Position numbers and translations under genes: made by a program | Assembly: GCA_964525285.1 (NCBI GenBank) | Contig: CAZGGQ010000025.1 | Coordinates: 187 to 64,186 of the forward strand | Origin: an uncultured Chitinophaga sp. | GTDB taxonomy: Bacteria; Bacteroidota; Bacteroidia; Chitinophagales; Chitinophagaceae | Length of the DNA stretch: 64,000 nucleotides | Direction of reading: 5' to 3' | Notes under the pieces: generated by a model | Told to the model about the DNA's origin: nothing | The model's database searches: none | What the model saw: the letters and a program-made list of their open reading frames with translations, nothing else | Part shown: one piece after another, positions 34,553-44,523 of the stretch | How the letters are laid out: the number at the start of each line of letters is the position of its first letter | Position numbering within the stretch: position 1 is the first letter of the stretch

Positions 34553-34882
34553 TTATTTTTTTGGCGTAAAGGGTCTGAGACCTCGGACCACAAGTTTTTT
34601 ACCCTTCCTATTTGTTAAGATAATGTTGTCAAAGAAAAGATTGTTTCGGTTGGGGTCAGCCTTAATAATCATATTTTGCATTTTTGGTGAAAAGCGATTG
34701 CCCTCGGCAAAAGCCTTATCTGTCGAATCGGTGGATGTGTCTATATACACTAATGCGAATCGAGTGACTGTGAAGGTGACGAGCTTATTATTATTATAGG
34801 TATAAGCGCAAACTTGGGCGTAATAGTCTACACTTGGATCTCTCTTCTGACCTGGCAAATCTCCTTGACAAATCCTTACCAC
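34553..34882 (-). CDS. Hypothetical protein (possibly a gene fragment)
   Basis: ORF only. GTG start, and a stop codon lies a few codons upstream in the same frame. Sits in the AT-rich islet. Confidence 0.3.
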   Translation of the reverse strand: MVRICQGDLPGQKRDPSVDYYAQVCAYTYNNNKLVTFTVTRFALVYIDTSTDSTDKAFAEGNRFSPKMQNMIIKADPNRNNLFFDNIILTNRKGKKLVVRGLRPFTPKK

Positions 34883-34955
34883 TAAACTTGCAGTATCAAA
34901 GTTTCATATAACCACTGAACCGCCAATTTCTTGCAGGTGCTGTTATGTGCCGTTT

Positions 34956-36208
34956 TTATTGTAGGCATTTCTTTATCCAATTTATACAGTCGTCTGTGTC
35001 AACAATTGACCAAGAATGAGGATGTCTTGTCCCGTCTATTCTATAACCTTTGCCAAGTGCATTGATAAACTCTGCTTTGTCATTTCCAAGAATGTTTAAT
35101 TGATTAATCATTGCTGTTTGATTTAAAGCATTCATATCATAATAATCCATTCGTCTGTTTTTCATCCACCAATTTATATCAGGGTCACAATAAATTCTTA
35201 CAGGTATATTTTTTAACAATGCTGCATTGCCTCCGTTCTTTTCACTTCTCGAATAAGGTGAATATTGTATATATTTTCAGGAAACTTATCAGGTGCTCCA
35301 ACAAATTGGTTGTTTAATTTTCGAATGCCATCTTTTGCTTCATTTACAGAAATATCTGAAAAGTTTTTTTCTATACTTCGCAAAGCTGTATAATACCCTT
35401 GAGCATAGTCCAACGGTGGGTCAACTGCATATACAGCTTTAGGTTTTATTACTGTCGTTGAATTATTTTCAAAAGCCATTTCAGCATATCGTAAAGCATT
35501 CATTCCTCCTAAAGAAAAACCTGCAATGGTAATTTTGTCTTGCTGTGGGTTATACTTTTTCAACATATCGCTGAAAGTTGTATTTAGAAAATTTAGTGAA
35601 ACTGCATTTAAACAAGGATTATAGTTAATGGAAGGAATAATTATCAGCAAATGATTGTCGAATGCAGTTTCAGTAAGTTTTATATTATTATTAAATACTT
35701 CTTCGGGTTTTTCGTAGGTGCTTGGAAGTAAAATCAATACTCCTTTAATACTATCTTTTGGGACAAGAGCAAAGTAATAAAGGGATTTTGAGCCACCATC
35801 ATTTACAAAAATATCTATGCTGTCAATTATTGATAGGGTGTTTTTTTGAAGAAATTTTAAATAAGAGTCGGATAAGTTTAAAAACTCTCCATCAATAAAA
35901 TTTCCATCTTGGCTAAAGCCATCTGCATAGATATATTTTCCTTTCCCATTTGGAACACCCTTTTGCATCATGCCAATATACTGTGCTTCTTGTTTCCCTT
36001 TTACAAACCAAGTCAATGTTCCAAAGCCTTCTGCCATTTTGTTTTTACAATTACCAGTCCAAGTAATACTATCATCTGGCGAATAATAAGGGTCCCAAAC
36101 TTTACAACCTGTTTGTTTGTCTGCTATAAATTTCCCTTGGGGTTCCTGTCCAAATATTGATAAAGAAATAAAGGTTAGCGCTATAAATGTAAAGTTGAAT
36201 TTTGTCAT
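34956..36208 (-). pseudogene. MORN-repeat + alpha/beta-hydrolase protein split by a frameshift
   Basis: The 331-aa ORF (signal peptide, MORN-like GFGTLTW..GKGKYIY, GFSLGGMNA nucleophile elbow) continues in the -1 frame as ...SEKNGGNAALLKNIPVRIYCDPD.... The frame change lies within about 35220-35290. Confidence 0.6.
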
Positions 36209-36398
36209 TATTATTTTCGCTTATGTTTTTATGTTGGCGCTGTCCTTTAAAATGGCACATAACAATTAAATATACAACCATCGCATCGGTTTTTCAAAAA
36301 AATGACATTGATTTTCAGATTATTAGTATTCGCTTTTTTGTATTGTCAGTGTCGGCAATGACACCGGATTGTATCATTTGAAATAGGCTTCACTAACA

Positions 36399-37838
36399 TT
36401 AGATCATTTTCTTTATCAACCTCCCCAGCATCATCAGCCCATAATCCACATCATCACTCCAGGGCTTGCCATAACTGAGGCGGATGAAATTGGAAAAATT
36501 GCTGCCCGATGAAAATATTTTACCCGGAACAACGGAGATATTATGTTTCATAGCATCAGCACGGAGTTTAAAAGCATCAACCTTTTTATTTAATTCCAGC
36601 CACATGATAAACCCGCCAAGCGGTCTTGATACTTTTGTATCAGCAGGAAAATATTCAATGATCGCCTGCAGGTATTTCAGGGATTGTGTGTGCAATGCCC
36701 GGCGCAGGTTTTTTAAATGATATTCATAGCGTCCGTTCTTTAAAAAGTGCGCCATTGCCGCCTGGGTGATGGTGGGGCAGCTGATATTGTGGATCCGTTT
36801 GATCTGTTTCACTTCTTCAAGGAATTTACCAGGAATTGCCCAACCGGTGCGGTATCCCGGCGCCAGCGACTTTGACAGCGATGAGCAATGCATCACCAAC
36901 CCTTTTTTATCAAAATATTTACAGGTCTTCGGTCTTGTTTTTCCAAAATAGAGTTCACCATAAATATCATCTTCTATAAGCGGTATATTGTGGAGTGAGA
37001 TCAACTCAACTAATTTCTTTTTGTTTTCATCCGGTATGCAACTGCCCAGCGGGTTATTATAGTTGGGAACAAACACACAGGCTTTGATGGGGAATTTTTT
37101 AATGGCTTTTTCCAGGTGATTGATATCAACGCCTGTGCCCGGGTCAGTCGCGATCTCCACGACTTTCAGTCCCAAAATTTCAATAGCCTGGTAAATGCCG
37201 AAATAGGTTGGGGTTTCCACGGCCACCGTATCGCCCGGATCAGTAACGGCACGCAGGCACATAGTAATTGCTTCCAGGCAACCGGAGGTCACGACAACAT
37301 CATCGGGTTTTATTTTCCCGCCCCAGTTGAATGCCAGTTTTGCTATTTGCTTCCGGAGTTCAGTATTGCCCTGAGTATGCTCATAACTGATGCAATGGTC
37401 TTTTGTATTCCGCATGGCCTGCACCACGGCTTTATTGATCTTTGCAACAGGTATCAAAGAAATATCGGGAACAGCCAGCGCCAGGTTTATGACATTGTCA
37501 GCTGCGATGTCAGAATAAATCGAAGCGATCATTTCTTTCACACTTACTTCATGAGAGATGGATTGCGGCTGGGTAAGCCTTGGTAATTCCGGGTATCGCT
37601 TATAATTAAAACGGACATAATATCCTGACTTGGGTCTTGATTCGATCAAACCTTTTCCTTCCAGGTGATAATAAGCCTGGAAAGCGGTGCCCATACTTAT
37701 TCCATACTCTTCGCTTAATACACGGACCGAAGGAAGTTTGTCACCGATCTTCAGTACGTCTTCATCGATCATTTTCTCAATGCCACCGGCAACCTGCAGG
37801 TAAATATGGTCATCGTCGTTGAATTTACTTGTGCGCAT
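36399..37838 (-). CDS. MocR/GabR-type regulator (GntR HTH fused to class-I aminotransferase-like domain)
   Basis: KLPSVRVLSEEYGISMGTAFQAYYHLEGKGLIESRPKSGYYV HTH plus an aminotransferase fold with SLSKSLAPGYRTGW. The track's TTG extension translates a repeat, so it was trimmed. Confidence 0.85.
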   Translation of the reverse strand: MRTSKFNDDDHIYLQVAGGIEKMIDEDVLKIGDKLPSVRVLSEEYGISMGTAFQAYYHLEGKGLIESRPKSGYYVRFNYKRYPELPRLTQPQSISHEVSVKEMIASIYSDIAADNVINLALAVPDISLIPVAKINKAVVQAMRNTKDHCISYEHTQGNTELRKQIAKLAFNWGGKIKPDDVVVTSGCLEAITMCLRAVTDPGDTVAVETPTYFGIYQAIEILGLKVVEIATDPGTGVDINHLEKAIKKFPIKACVFVPNYNNPLGSCIPDENKKKLVELISLHNIPLIEDDIYGELYFGKTRPKTCKYFDKKGLVMHCSSLSKSLAPGYRTGWAIPGKFLEEVKQIKRIHNISCPTITQAAMAHFLKNGRYEYHLKNLRRALHTQSLKYLQAIIEYFPADTKVSRPLGGFIMWLELNKKVDAFKLRADAMKHNISVVPGKIFSSGSNFSNFIRLSYGKPWSDDVDYGLMMLGRLIKKMI

Positions 37839-37849
37839 AGCAAGGATTT

Positions 37850-37932
37850 GTGAATAGTGAATGCCTGCCTTCCGGTAGGCAGGGTCAATAGTCAATTCGC
37901 TGCTCAAAAATTAATTCACCATTCACTATTGA
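37850..37932. repeat. Composite heptad + palindrome element in MocR-ilvE divergent region
   Basis: GTGAATA GTGAATG [CCTGCCTTCCGGTAGGCAGG] GTCAATA GTCAATT ... TAATTCA CCATTCA CTATTGA. Confidence 0.75.
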
Positions 37933-38095
37933 CGGCAGCGGATGCTCTGTGACCTGCACTAATCTGATACAGTCAAAAATACAAAAACTGAATCTGTTTT
38001 TAAAAAAAATTTTGAGCAAACTTTGTTACTGAAAATGTAACCCTTCAGCCATTCAGAATTGAGAGCTGAAAAAATAATTTATTAAATCAATTATT

Positions 38096-39163
38096 ATGGA
38101 AATTATGACAGACATTAAAGTAACCAGGACAAATCACTCAAAGCTTGGAGAAGTCGATTTCAATCATCTTGAATTTGGCAAACATGTTTCTGACCATATG
38201 CTTTTAACTGATTTTTTTCAGGGTGAATGGAACCTTCCGCAAATTGTTCCTTTTGCCAATCTTTCCATGAGCCCGACAACGCTGGCTTTGCACTACGGTC
38301 AAACTGTGTTTGAAGGAATGAAGGCTTTCCGTATGCAGGATGGCAGGGTAAATATTTTCCGGATTGATAAACATCATGAACGTTTTAACCGTTCCTTGAG
38401 AAGAATGTGTATGCCGGAGATCCCTTTTGAAATTTTTGAAGAAGGGATGATGCATTTGATCGCAGTGGACAAGAACTGGGTGCCGGGACAGGAGGGAAGT
38501 GCATTATACATCCGTCCATTTATGTATGCCAGTGAAGCAAAGTTTGGAGTAAAGCCTTCGGATGAATATCGCTTTATCATTTTCACCGGGCCGGTGGGAA
38601 GATTATTTTCAAAGCCGATCAAAGTAAAAGTGGAAACAGAATATATCCGGGCTGCCAAAGGAGGTACCGGGTTTGCCAAATGCGGGGGCAATTACGGAGG
38701 TTCATTATATGCCACGCAACTGGCAAAACAATCGGGCTATGACAATGTGATCTGGACAGATGCCATTGAGCACAAATTCATAGAAGAATCTGGCGTGATG
38801 AACCTGATGTTTGTGATTGATGGAGTGCTGCTTACGCCGCCTACTTCCGATTCTATCCTTGATGGAGTAACAAGGGATTCTTTGCTGATCATAGCAAAAG
38901 ACCTGGGCCTGGCAGTTGATGAACGTCCGGTATCTGTTGGGGAACTAAAGCTGGCGTTTAATAATAAAAAGATCACTGAAGCTTTTGGCGTCGGAACTGC
39001 CGCCATAGTAGCGCCAATTGATACAATTGGTATTGATGAAATTGATCATTTATTGCCGGTTTATACTGATAATAGTATAATGTTTCAATTAAAGAACCGC
39101 CTGGATGCGATCCGGCTGGGAACTGCAGAAGATATTTACAATTGGAATTTTGTTGTGGGTTAG
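38096..39163 (+). CDS. ilvE: Branched-chain amino acid aminotransferase
   Basis: LHYGQTVFEGMKAFR, YIRPFMYA and GGTG.AKCGGNYG (fold-type IV BCAT). Confidence 0.9.
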   Translation: MEIMTDIKVTRTNHSKLGEVDFNHLEFGKHVSDHMLLTDFFQGEWNLPQIVPFANLSMSPTTLALHYGQTVFEGMKAFRMQDGRVNIFRIDKHHERFNRSLRRMCMPEIPFEIFEEGMMHLIAVDKNWVPGQEGSALYIRPFMYASEAKFGVKPSDEYRFIIFTGPVGRLFSKPIKVKVETEYIRAAKGGTGFAKCGGNYGGSLYATQLAKQSGYDNVIWTDAIEHKFIEESGVMNLMFVIDGVLLTPPTSDSILDGVTRDSLLIIAKDLGLAVDERPVSVGELKLAFNNKKITEAFGVGTAAIVAPIDTIGIDEIDHLLPVYTDNSIMFQLKNRLDAIRLGTAEDIYNWNFVVG

Positions 39164-39209
39164 TTTGAGTTTTTCAGACAAGTTAAAAAGGATCATTACG
39201 ATGGGCCTT

Positions 39210-40079
39210 TTATATTTTCAGCTTCTTCATATATAAGGCATCTGCTGCCGCACTTTTCATGGGGGTTGAGTTGGGATAATGTTCCTGCTCAGCTATAAAA
39301 TACTCCATCCCGTTTTTTTTGGCGGTCTTTAGTATCTGTGAAAAATTAATACTGCCGGTACCAAGGTCACAGGTATCTTCCCTTTTTGTTGTTCCTTTCA
39401 CCCGGTCTTTTATATGGCAGAGCCGGAAACGGTTAGGATAATTCTTCAACCAAGTTTCAGGATCTTGCCCGGCGGTAACCACCCAATAAATATCCATCTG
39501 GTGGTCAACCAATGAGCTATCTGTTTCTTTCATCAATACATCATGCGGATAAACTCCGTCAAGCAATTGGAAAGAGCTTTCATAATTATGATAAGCGAAA
39601 CGGATGCCTGCTTTCCTGCAGGTCTCGCCGCAGGTATTAAAAAGGGCAGCTTTCCGCTTGTATTCATCCATGGGTTGCTGCGAATAAGGCCAGTTGTAAA
39701 TCAAATACTTCATTCCAATGGCGGCGGCTTCGTCAGCTTTCTTCTCAAAGTCTTTATCAATCTCGCAATGACTTGAGATAAAAGACATGCCCAGCCCATC
39801 CGTATATTTTTTAAACTCGGTATTCTTCATGCCCCAGAATATGCCAGGTGCTCTTTCATAGCCTTCTATTTGTTTGTACCCCATTGCTGCAACCTGCTTC
39901 AAAGTTCCCCCCGGGTCTTTTTCAAAAAAATCCCTTACCGTATAGAGTTGCAATCCAAAAGTCTTAAGTTTTCGGGCTTCTTCCCCCGCCAGCAAATTTT
40001 TTAAAGCAAGTGAAATTGCCATTGAACCGGCGAGACCGGCACTTAGGTTTAAAAAATCTTTCCTCGTATGCAGTATCAT
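39210..40079 (-). CDS. Xylose-isomerase-like TIM-barrel protein (sugar phosphate isomerase/epimerase family), exported
   Basis: N-terminal Tat/Sec-like RKDFLNLSAGLAGSMA. The family pattern runs ...YHNYESSF...CHIKD.... Overlaps the upstream MFS gene by 4 nt. Confidence 0.75.
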   Translation of the reverse strand: MILHTRKDFLNLSAGLAGSMAISLALKNLLAGEEARKLKTFGLQLYTVRDFFEKDPGGTLKQVAAMGYKQIEGYERAPGIFWGMKNTEFKKYTDGLGMSFISSHCEIDKDFEKKADEAAAIGMKYLIYNWPYSQQPMDEYKRKAALFNTCGETCRKAGIRFAYHNYESSFQLLDGVYPHDVLMKETDSSLVDHQMDIYWVVTAGQDPETWLKNYPNRFRLCHIKDRVKGTTKREDTCDLGTGSINFSQILKTAKKNGMEYFIAEQEHYPNSTPMKSAAADALYMKKLKI

Positions 40080-41344
40080 CTATTCTTTTTATTTCTCATA
40101 AAGAAAAACAAACCGGCAAAAGCAACAATAAGAATAAGCGGTATTATCAATGTTGTATTGATCACTTCCGGCCCTGCGGCTTTATTGGCTTCTGCAAGGG
40201 CTGCTTTCATTTCGGCTGTTGCCACGCCCGAATTGTATACTTTTAAATCAGCACCGGCTGGTAAATGTTTAACTATTTTATTGTCATAGACCCCACCCAT
40301 GAACATCATATATAACGAAACGGCAAACATACCTGCGCCGCCCATAAGATTAATACCTACTGCACCTGTCTTTGGTAAATTCTCTGAAACAAATCCCAGC
40401 ATAGTGGGCCAGAAATAACATACACCAATGCCGAAGATCAGGGCGCCGGCGAATAGCATATTGCTGGATGTGTGACCAAGCAGGTACAGGCCCAATGCAG
40501 AAAAAATTGCTGAACCTAATAATACCCCTGCAGGAGATAAGCGATGCACTACCGGACCGGCAAGACCTCTTCCGATCACCATCACACCGGTTGTTACTGT
40601 AAGGATGAGTATTGAGTTTTGCGTAACATTATTCAGCAGCACCTGTATCCATTGCCCGGTAAATAATTCTGTAATGGCTGTGCCGAACATACAGAAAATC
40701 AAAAAGAGGAAAAGTGGATTCAATAGTGACCGGTACATTTCGCCGGTGCTAACACCACTGGCCACTCTTTCGGTAACAGGAAATTTTTGTTTTGCAAACA
40801 GGAAACCATAAATGACGGCCGGAATTACCATCATCGCCACCTGTATCTGCCAGCCAATGGCAGCTTTATCAAAAAAGTAAACAATAAGAGTTCCGATTAC
40901 AATACCTCCGGGAAACCACAAATGAAAATGATTCAGTTTGGTTGTTTTATCATTCGGGTATAAAGTCGCCACCAGGGGATTACAGGCAGCCTCTACGGTT
41001 CCGTTAGCAATGCCAATGCAAAGTGTGGAAATAAACAGGGCCCAGAAAGGGTTTCCGAATTTACCCGCAAAGATGGTTAGTAATATTCCGGCGATATGAA
41101 AAATAAAAGCCAGCATCAGTAACCGTTTCATTCCTATCATATCCACTACCATCCCTCCAATAACAACGGCCAGCGGAAAGCCCCAGAAAGCAGTGGCTGC
41201 AATGGTTCCTAATTCTGCTTTGTCCAATCCAAACTGAACACCGAGCCGGTCGAGAATACCTGCACGGATGCCAAAAGACAATGAGGTAACTAATAAAGCG
41301 AGACAACTGGCAACAAAAAGCCGGCGCCGGTGTACTGTTTGCAT
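40076..41344 (-). CDS. MFS transporter (sugar-type)
   Basis: Twelve hydrophobic helices. The N-terminus is RRRLFVASCLALLVTSLSFGIRAG. Confidence 0.8.
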   Translation of the reverse strand: MQTVHRRRLFVASCLALLVTSLSFGIRAGILDRLGVQFGLDKAELGTIAATAFWGFPLAVVIGGMVVDMIGMKRLLMLAFIFHIAGILLTIFAGKFGNPFWALFISTLCIGIANGTVEAACNPLVATLYPNDKTTKLNHFHLWFPGGIVIGTLIVYFFDKAAIGWQIQVAMMVIPAVIYGFLFAKQKFPVTERVASGVSTGEMYRSLLNPLFLFLIFCMFGTAITELFTGQWIQVLLNNVTQNSILILTVTTGVMVIGRGLAGPVVHRLSPAGVLLGSAIFSALGLYLLGHTSSNMLFAGALIFGIGVCYFWPTMLGFVSENLPKTGAVGINLMGGAGMFAVSLYMMFMGGVYDNKIVKHLPAGADLKVYNSGVATAEMKAALAEANKAAGPEVINTTLIIPLILIVAFAGLFFFMRNKKNR

Positions 41345-41349
41345 ATCGT

Positions 41350-41357
41350 TAGATTTG
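41350..41357 (+). promoter_or_regulatory. Candidate Bacteroidota -7 box (TAGATTTG)
   Basis: Matches TAnnTTTG about 60 nt upstream of the oxidoreductase start. No transcript data. Confidence 0.3.
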
Positions 41358-41415
41358 TAGCACTGTTTAGAAAATTAAATGTACTATTTTTAGAATTCAT
41401 GAAATACGGATTGAA

Positions 41416-42576
41416 ATGCTGAACAGGAAACTTAGAATGGGAATGATCGGTGGAGGGCCGGGAGCATTTATCGGGGCCATCCACCGTATTGCCGCCAATA
41501 TGGATGGAGAGATCGAACTCGTTTGCGGCGCTTTCAGCAGCGATGTGGAAAGATCAAAACAAACAGGAGCTTCGTTATACCTGCCAGCAGAAAGGTTGTA
41601 TGGTTCCTATACAGAAATGATTGAACGGGAAGCAAAACTACCGGCTACCGAACGGATGGATTTTGTCAGTATCGTTACTCCCAATCATCTTCACTTCGAA
41701 CCGGCAAAGCTGGCATTGGAAAATGGGTTTCATGTTGTGCTGGATAAACCCATGACATTTGACCTGGCTGAAGCAAAAGAACTGAAATCAATTGTTGAAA
41801 AAAGCGGGAAGTATTTTTGTCTCACTCACACATACACCGGTTACCCGATGCTGAAAGAAGCAAGGCAACAGGTGTTAAGCGGTAAGTTTGGAAGGGTCAG
41901 AAAAATATATGTTGAATATCCGCAGGGATGGTTAAGCACTTTATTGGAAAGTTCCGGTAACAAACAAGCTGAATGGAGAACCGATCCGGCCAAAAGCGGA
42001 GCAGCCGGGGCTATCGGCGACATCGGCAGTCATGCCTTCAATATGGCGGAATATATAACAGGCTTGAAAGTGACAAAGCTTTGCGCCGACATCAATATAA
42101 TTGTAGAAGGAAGACAATTGGATGATGATGGTTCAGTGCTGCTTAAATTTGATAATGCCGCCAGTGGAATTTTATTTGTGACACAGGTTGCTCCTGGCGA
42201 GGATAATAATATACGGATAAGAGTATATGGTGAAAAAGGCGGACTGGATTGGTCGCATGAAGAAGCAAATACGTTATATCTTAAATGGCCGGATAAGCCA
42301 ACTGAGATATGGAGGGCCGGAGAAAGTTACCTGGGTTCTTTTGCAAAGCACAATTCAAGAACGCCTGCTGGTCACCCGGAAGGATATTTAGAAGCTTTTG
42401 CCAATCATTATCGCAATTTTGTTTTATGTATAAAAGCGCAGATGAATGGAGAAAACCCAAAAGAAGAATGGCTCGATTTTCCGGGCATTGAAGATGGCGT
42501 AAGAGGGATGATATTTATTGAAAGAGTAATTGAGAGCGGGAAGAGTGAGAAAAAATGGATCGACTTTGACAAGTGA
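41416..42576 (+). CDS. Gfo/Idh/MocA-family oxidoreductase
   Basis: Rossmann N-terminus LRMGMIGGGPGAFIG. The length and C-terminal alpha/beta domain are typical. Confidence 0.85.
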   Translation: MLNRKLRMGMIGGGPGAFIGAIHRIAANMDGEIELVCGAFSSDVERSKQTGASLYLPAERLYGSYTEMIEREAKLPATERMDFVSIVTPNHLHFEPAKLALENGFHVVLDKPMTFDLAEAKELKSIVEKSGKYFCLTHTYTGYPMLKEARQQVLSGKFGRVRKIYVEYPQGWLSTLLESSGNKQAEWRTDPAKSGAAGAIGDIGSHAFNMAEYITGLKVTKLCADINIIVEGRQLDDDGSVLLKFDNAASGILFVTQVAPGEDNNIRIRVYGEKGGLDWSHEEANTLYLKWPDKPTEIWRAGESYLGSFAKHNSRTPAGHPEGYLEAFANHYRNFVLCIKAQMNGENPKEEWLDFPGIEDGVRGMIFIERVIESGKSEKKWIDFDK

Positions 42577-42578
42577 AG

Positions 42579-42620
42579 TTTCACGCAAAGGCGCAAAGGA
42601 ATAACATCAAAGACGCAAAG
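42579..42620. repeat. Left arm of CGCAAAG/GTGAAA inverted repeat carrying the GxxExxY gene
   Basis: TTTCACGCAAAGGCGCAAAGG... matches the reverse complement of the right arm in 18 of the first 21 nt. Confidence 0.75.
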
Positions 42621-42998
42621 ATGACGGAAAACGAAATTGCAAAAATTGTTGTCGATATATGTTTTAAAATTCATACCATGTATGGGCCTGGTTTATTTGA
42701 AAGTGTCTGTGAACAGATATTTTGTTACGAATAGAATAAAACTTCAATTCCATATACGAGGCAACGTGGAATTAAAGTTTTTCATGAAGGAAATGATATG
42801 GGCATAGGATTTATCCCCGATATTATTATTGCCGATAAACTCATTCTTGAGTTGAAGTCTGTCGAAGTGCTGGCTGAAGTTCATTATAAACAATTGCTTA
42901 CTTATTTAAGGCTTACAAATCTGAAATTAGGATTACTGATAAATTTCAACGTTCCTTTGATCAAAAATGGAATACATCGGATTGTTAATAATTTGTAA
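42621..42998 (+). pseudogene. GxxExxY-family (PD-(D/E)XK-like) mini-gene with in-frame TAG
   Basis: MTENEIAKIVVDICFKIHTMYGPGLFESVCEQIFCYE*NKTSIPYTRQRGIKVFHEGNDMGIGFIPDIIIADKLILELKSVEVLAEVHYKQLLTYLRLTNLKLGLLINFN. The TAG is at 42732-42734. The signature Tyr is changed to Cys. Confidence 0.8.
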
Positions 42999-43041
42999 TT
43001 TCTTCGTGTCTTTGCGAAAATCTTTGCGTCTTGGCGTGAAA
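42999..43041. repeat. Right arm of CGCAAAG/GTGAAA inverted repeat
   Basis: ...TCTTTGCGAAAATCTTTGCGTCTTGGCGTGAAA. Confidence 0.75.
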
Positions 43042-43053
43042 TAAAATGAATAT

Positions 43054-44109
43054 ATGACAACCCTCAAAGGCCCCGGAATATTTTTAGCGCAGTACATGAA
43101 TGATAAGCCTCCGTTTCATGAACTGAAAGCTGTGTGCCTCTGGGCAGAGTCGCTTGGATTTAAAGGCGTACAGATCCCAACAACGGATTCAAGGTGTATG
43201 GATCTGAAAAAAGCGGCAGAAAGTAAAACCTATGCCGATGAGATAAAAGGAATAGTAAATGAATGTGGTTTGGAAATAACCGAACTGTCCACTCATTTGC
43301 AAGGGCAGCTGATCGCTGTCAATCCTGTTTACGATAAATTGTTTGATTCATTTGCACCAAAAGAAGTGCATGGCAATGCCAAAGCAAGAACAGAGTGGGC
43401 CATACGGCAATTGAAGTTTGCAGCAAAAGCATCACAGAACTTGGGTTTAATTGCTCATGCTACTTTCAGTGGTTCATTACTATGGCCAATGGTTTATCCA
43501 TGGCCGCAACGGCCTGCTGGTTTGGTGGAAACCGGTTTTTCTGAGTTAGCCCGGCGCTGGCTTCCTGTTCTCAATTATTTTGATGAATGCGGGGTGGATA
43601 TTTGTTATGAAATTCATCCCGGTGAAGACCTGCACGATGGAGTGACCTATGAAATGTTTTTGGAGAAAGTAGATGATCATAAAAGAGCCTGCCTGCTCTA
43701 CGATCCATCTCATTTTGTTTTGCAATGCCTCGATTATCTTGCTTACATTGATATTTATCATGAACGGATAAAAATGTTTCATATAAAGGATGCAGAATTC
43801 AATCCAACAGGAAAACAGGGGCTGTATGGCGGTTACCAAAACTGGATTGACAGGGCAGGGCGGTTTCGTTCATTGGGTGATGGCCAGGTTGATTTTAAAT
43901 CCATTTTCAGTAAGCTGGCTCAATATAATTACAAAGGATGGGCGGTGATGGAGTGGGAGTGTTGTCTTAAAAATGCTGAGGATAGCGCATCTGAAGGCGC
44001 ATCTTTTATTCAACGGCATAATATTAAAACAACAGAAAAGGCATTTGATGACTTTGCAGCAAGCGGCAGAAATGAAAAAGAAAATCGTTCCCTTTTGGGA
44101 TTGGAATAA
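43054..44109 (+). CDS. Xylose-isomerase-like TIM-barrel protein (sugar phosphate isomerase/epimerase family)
   Basis: Family pattern ...YEIHPGEDL...FHIKDA...GW.V.EWE. Confidence 0.8.
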   Translation: MTTLKGPGIFLAQYMNDKPPFHELKAVCLWAESLGFKGVQIPTTDSRCMDLKKAAESKTYADEIKGIVNECGLEITELSTHLQGQLIAVNPVYDKLFDSFAPKEVHGNAKARTEWAIRQLKFAAKASQNLGLIAHATFSGSLLWPMVYPWPQRPAGLVETGFSELARRWLPVLNYFDECGVDICYEIHPGEDLHDGVTYEMFLEKVDDHKRACLLYDPSHFVLQCLDYLAYIDIYHERIKMFHIKDAEFNPTGKQGLYGGYQNWIDRAGRFRSLGDGQVDFKSIFSKLAQYNYKGWAVMEWECCLKNAEDSASEGASFIQRHNIKTTEKAFDDFAASGRNEKENRSLLGLE

Positions 44110-44137
44110 ATAGCCTGGAACAAATAAAATTTACAAC

Positions 44138-44518
44138 ATGAAAAAAATTGTGTTCAGATGTTTGGTGATTACTGCATTGTATGCCTGCGGTGGCGGGGGT
44201 TCAAAAGCTGATAAAAAGCCGGGGGACAACAGCGTTGACATAACCAGGAATCCGGATTACCAGAAAGGGCTGAACCTTGTGGCCCTAAACAAGTGTATGA
44301 CCTGCCACCAGATTGATGATAAACTCACCGGCCCGCCATACCGGGAAGTTGCAAATAAATATGCAGGCATGCCGGATACCATTATTACATATCTCGCAAA
44401 AAAAGTTATTAGTGGTGGAAAGGGCGTGTGGGGAGAGATTTTCATGACAGCGCACCCGACCATTTCCCAGTTTGATGCAGAAGCGATGGTTAAATACATT
44501 CTCTTACTTAAAAAATAA
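44138..44518 (+). CDS. Class-I c-type cytochrome (lipoprotein-like)
   Basis: CMTCHQ heme-binding motif, distal Met region GVWGEIFMTAHP, and an N-terminal LYACGG lipobox-like signal. Confidence 0.8.
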   Translation: MKKIVFRCLVITALYACGGGGSKADKKPGDNSVDITRNPDYQKGLNLVALNKCMTCHQIDDKLTGPPYREVANKYAGMPDTIITYLAKKVISGGKGVWGEIFMTAHPTISQFDAEAMVKYILLLKK

Positions 44519-44523
44519 TTTGA

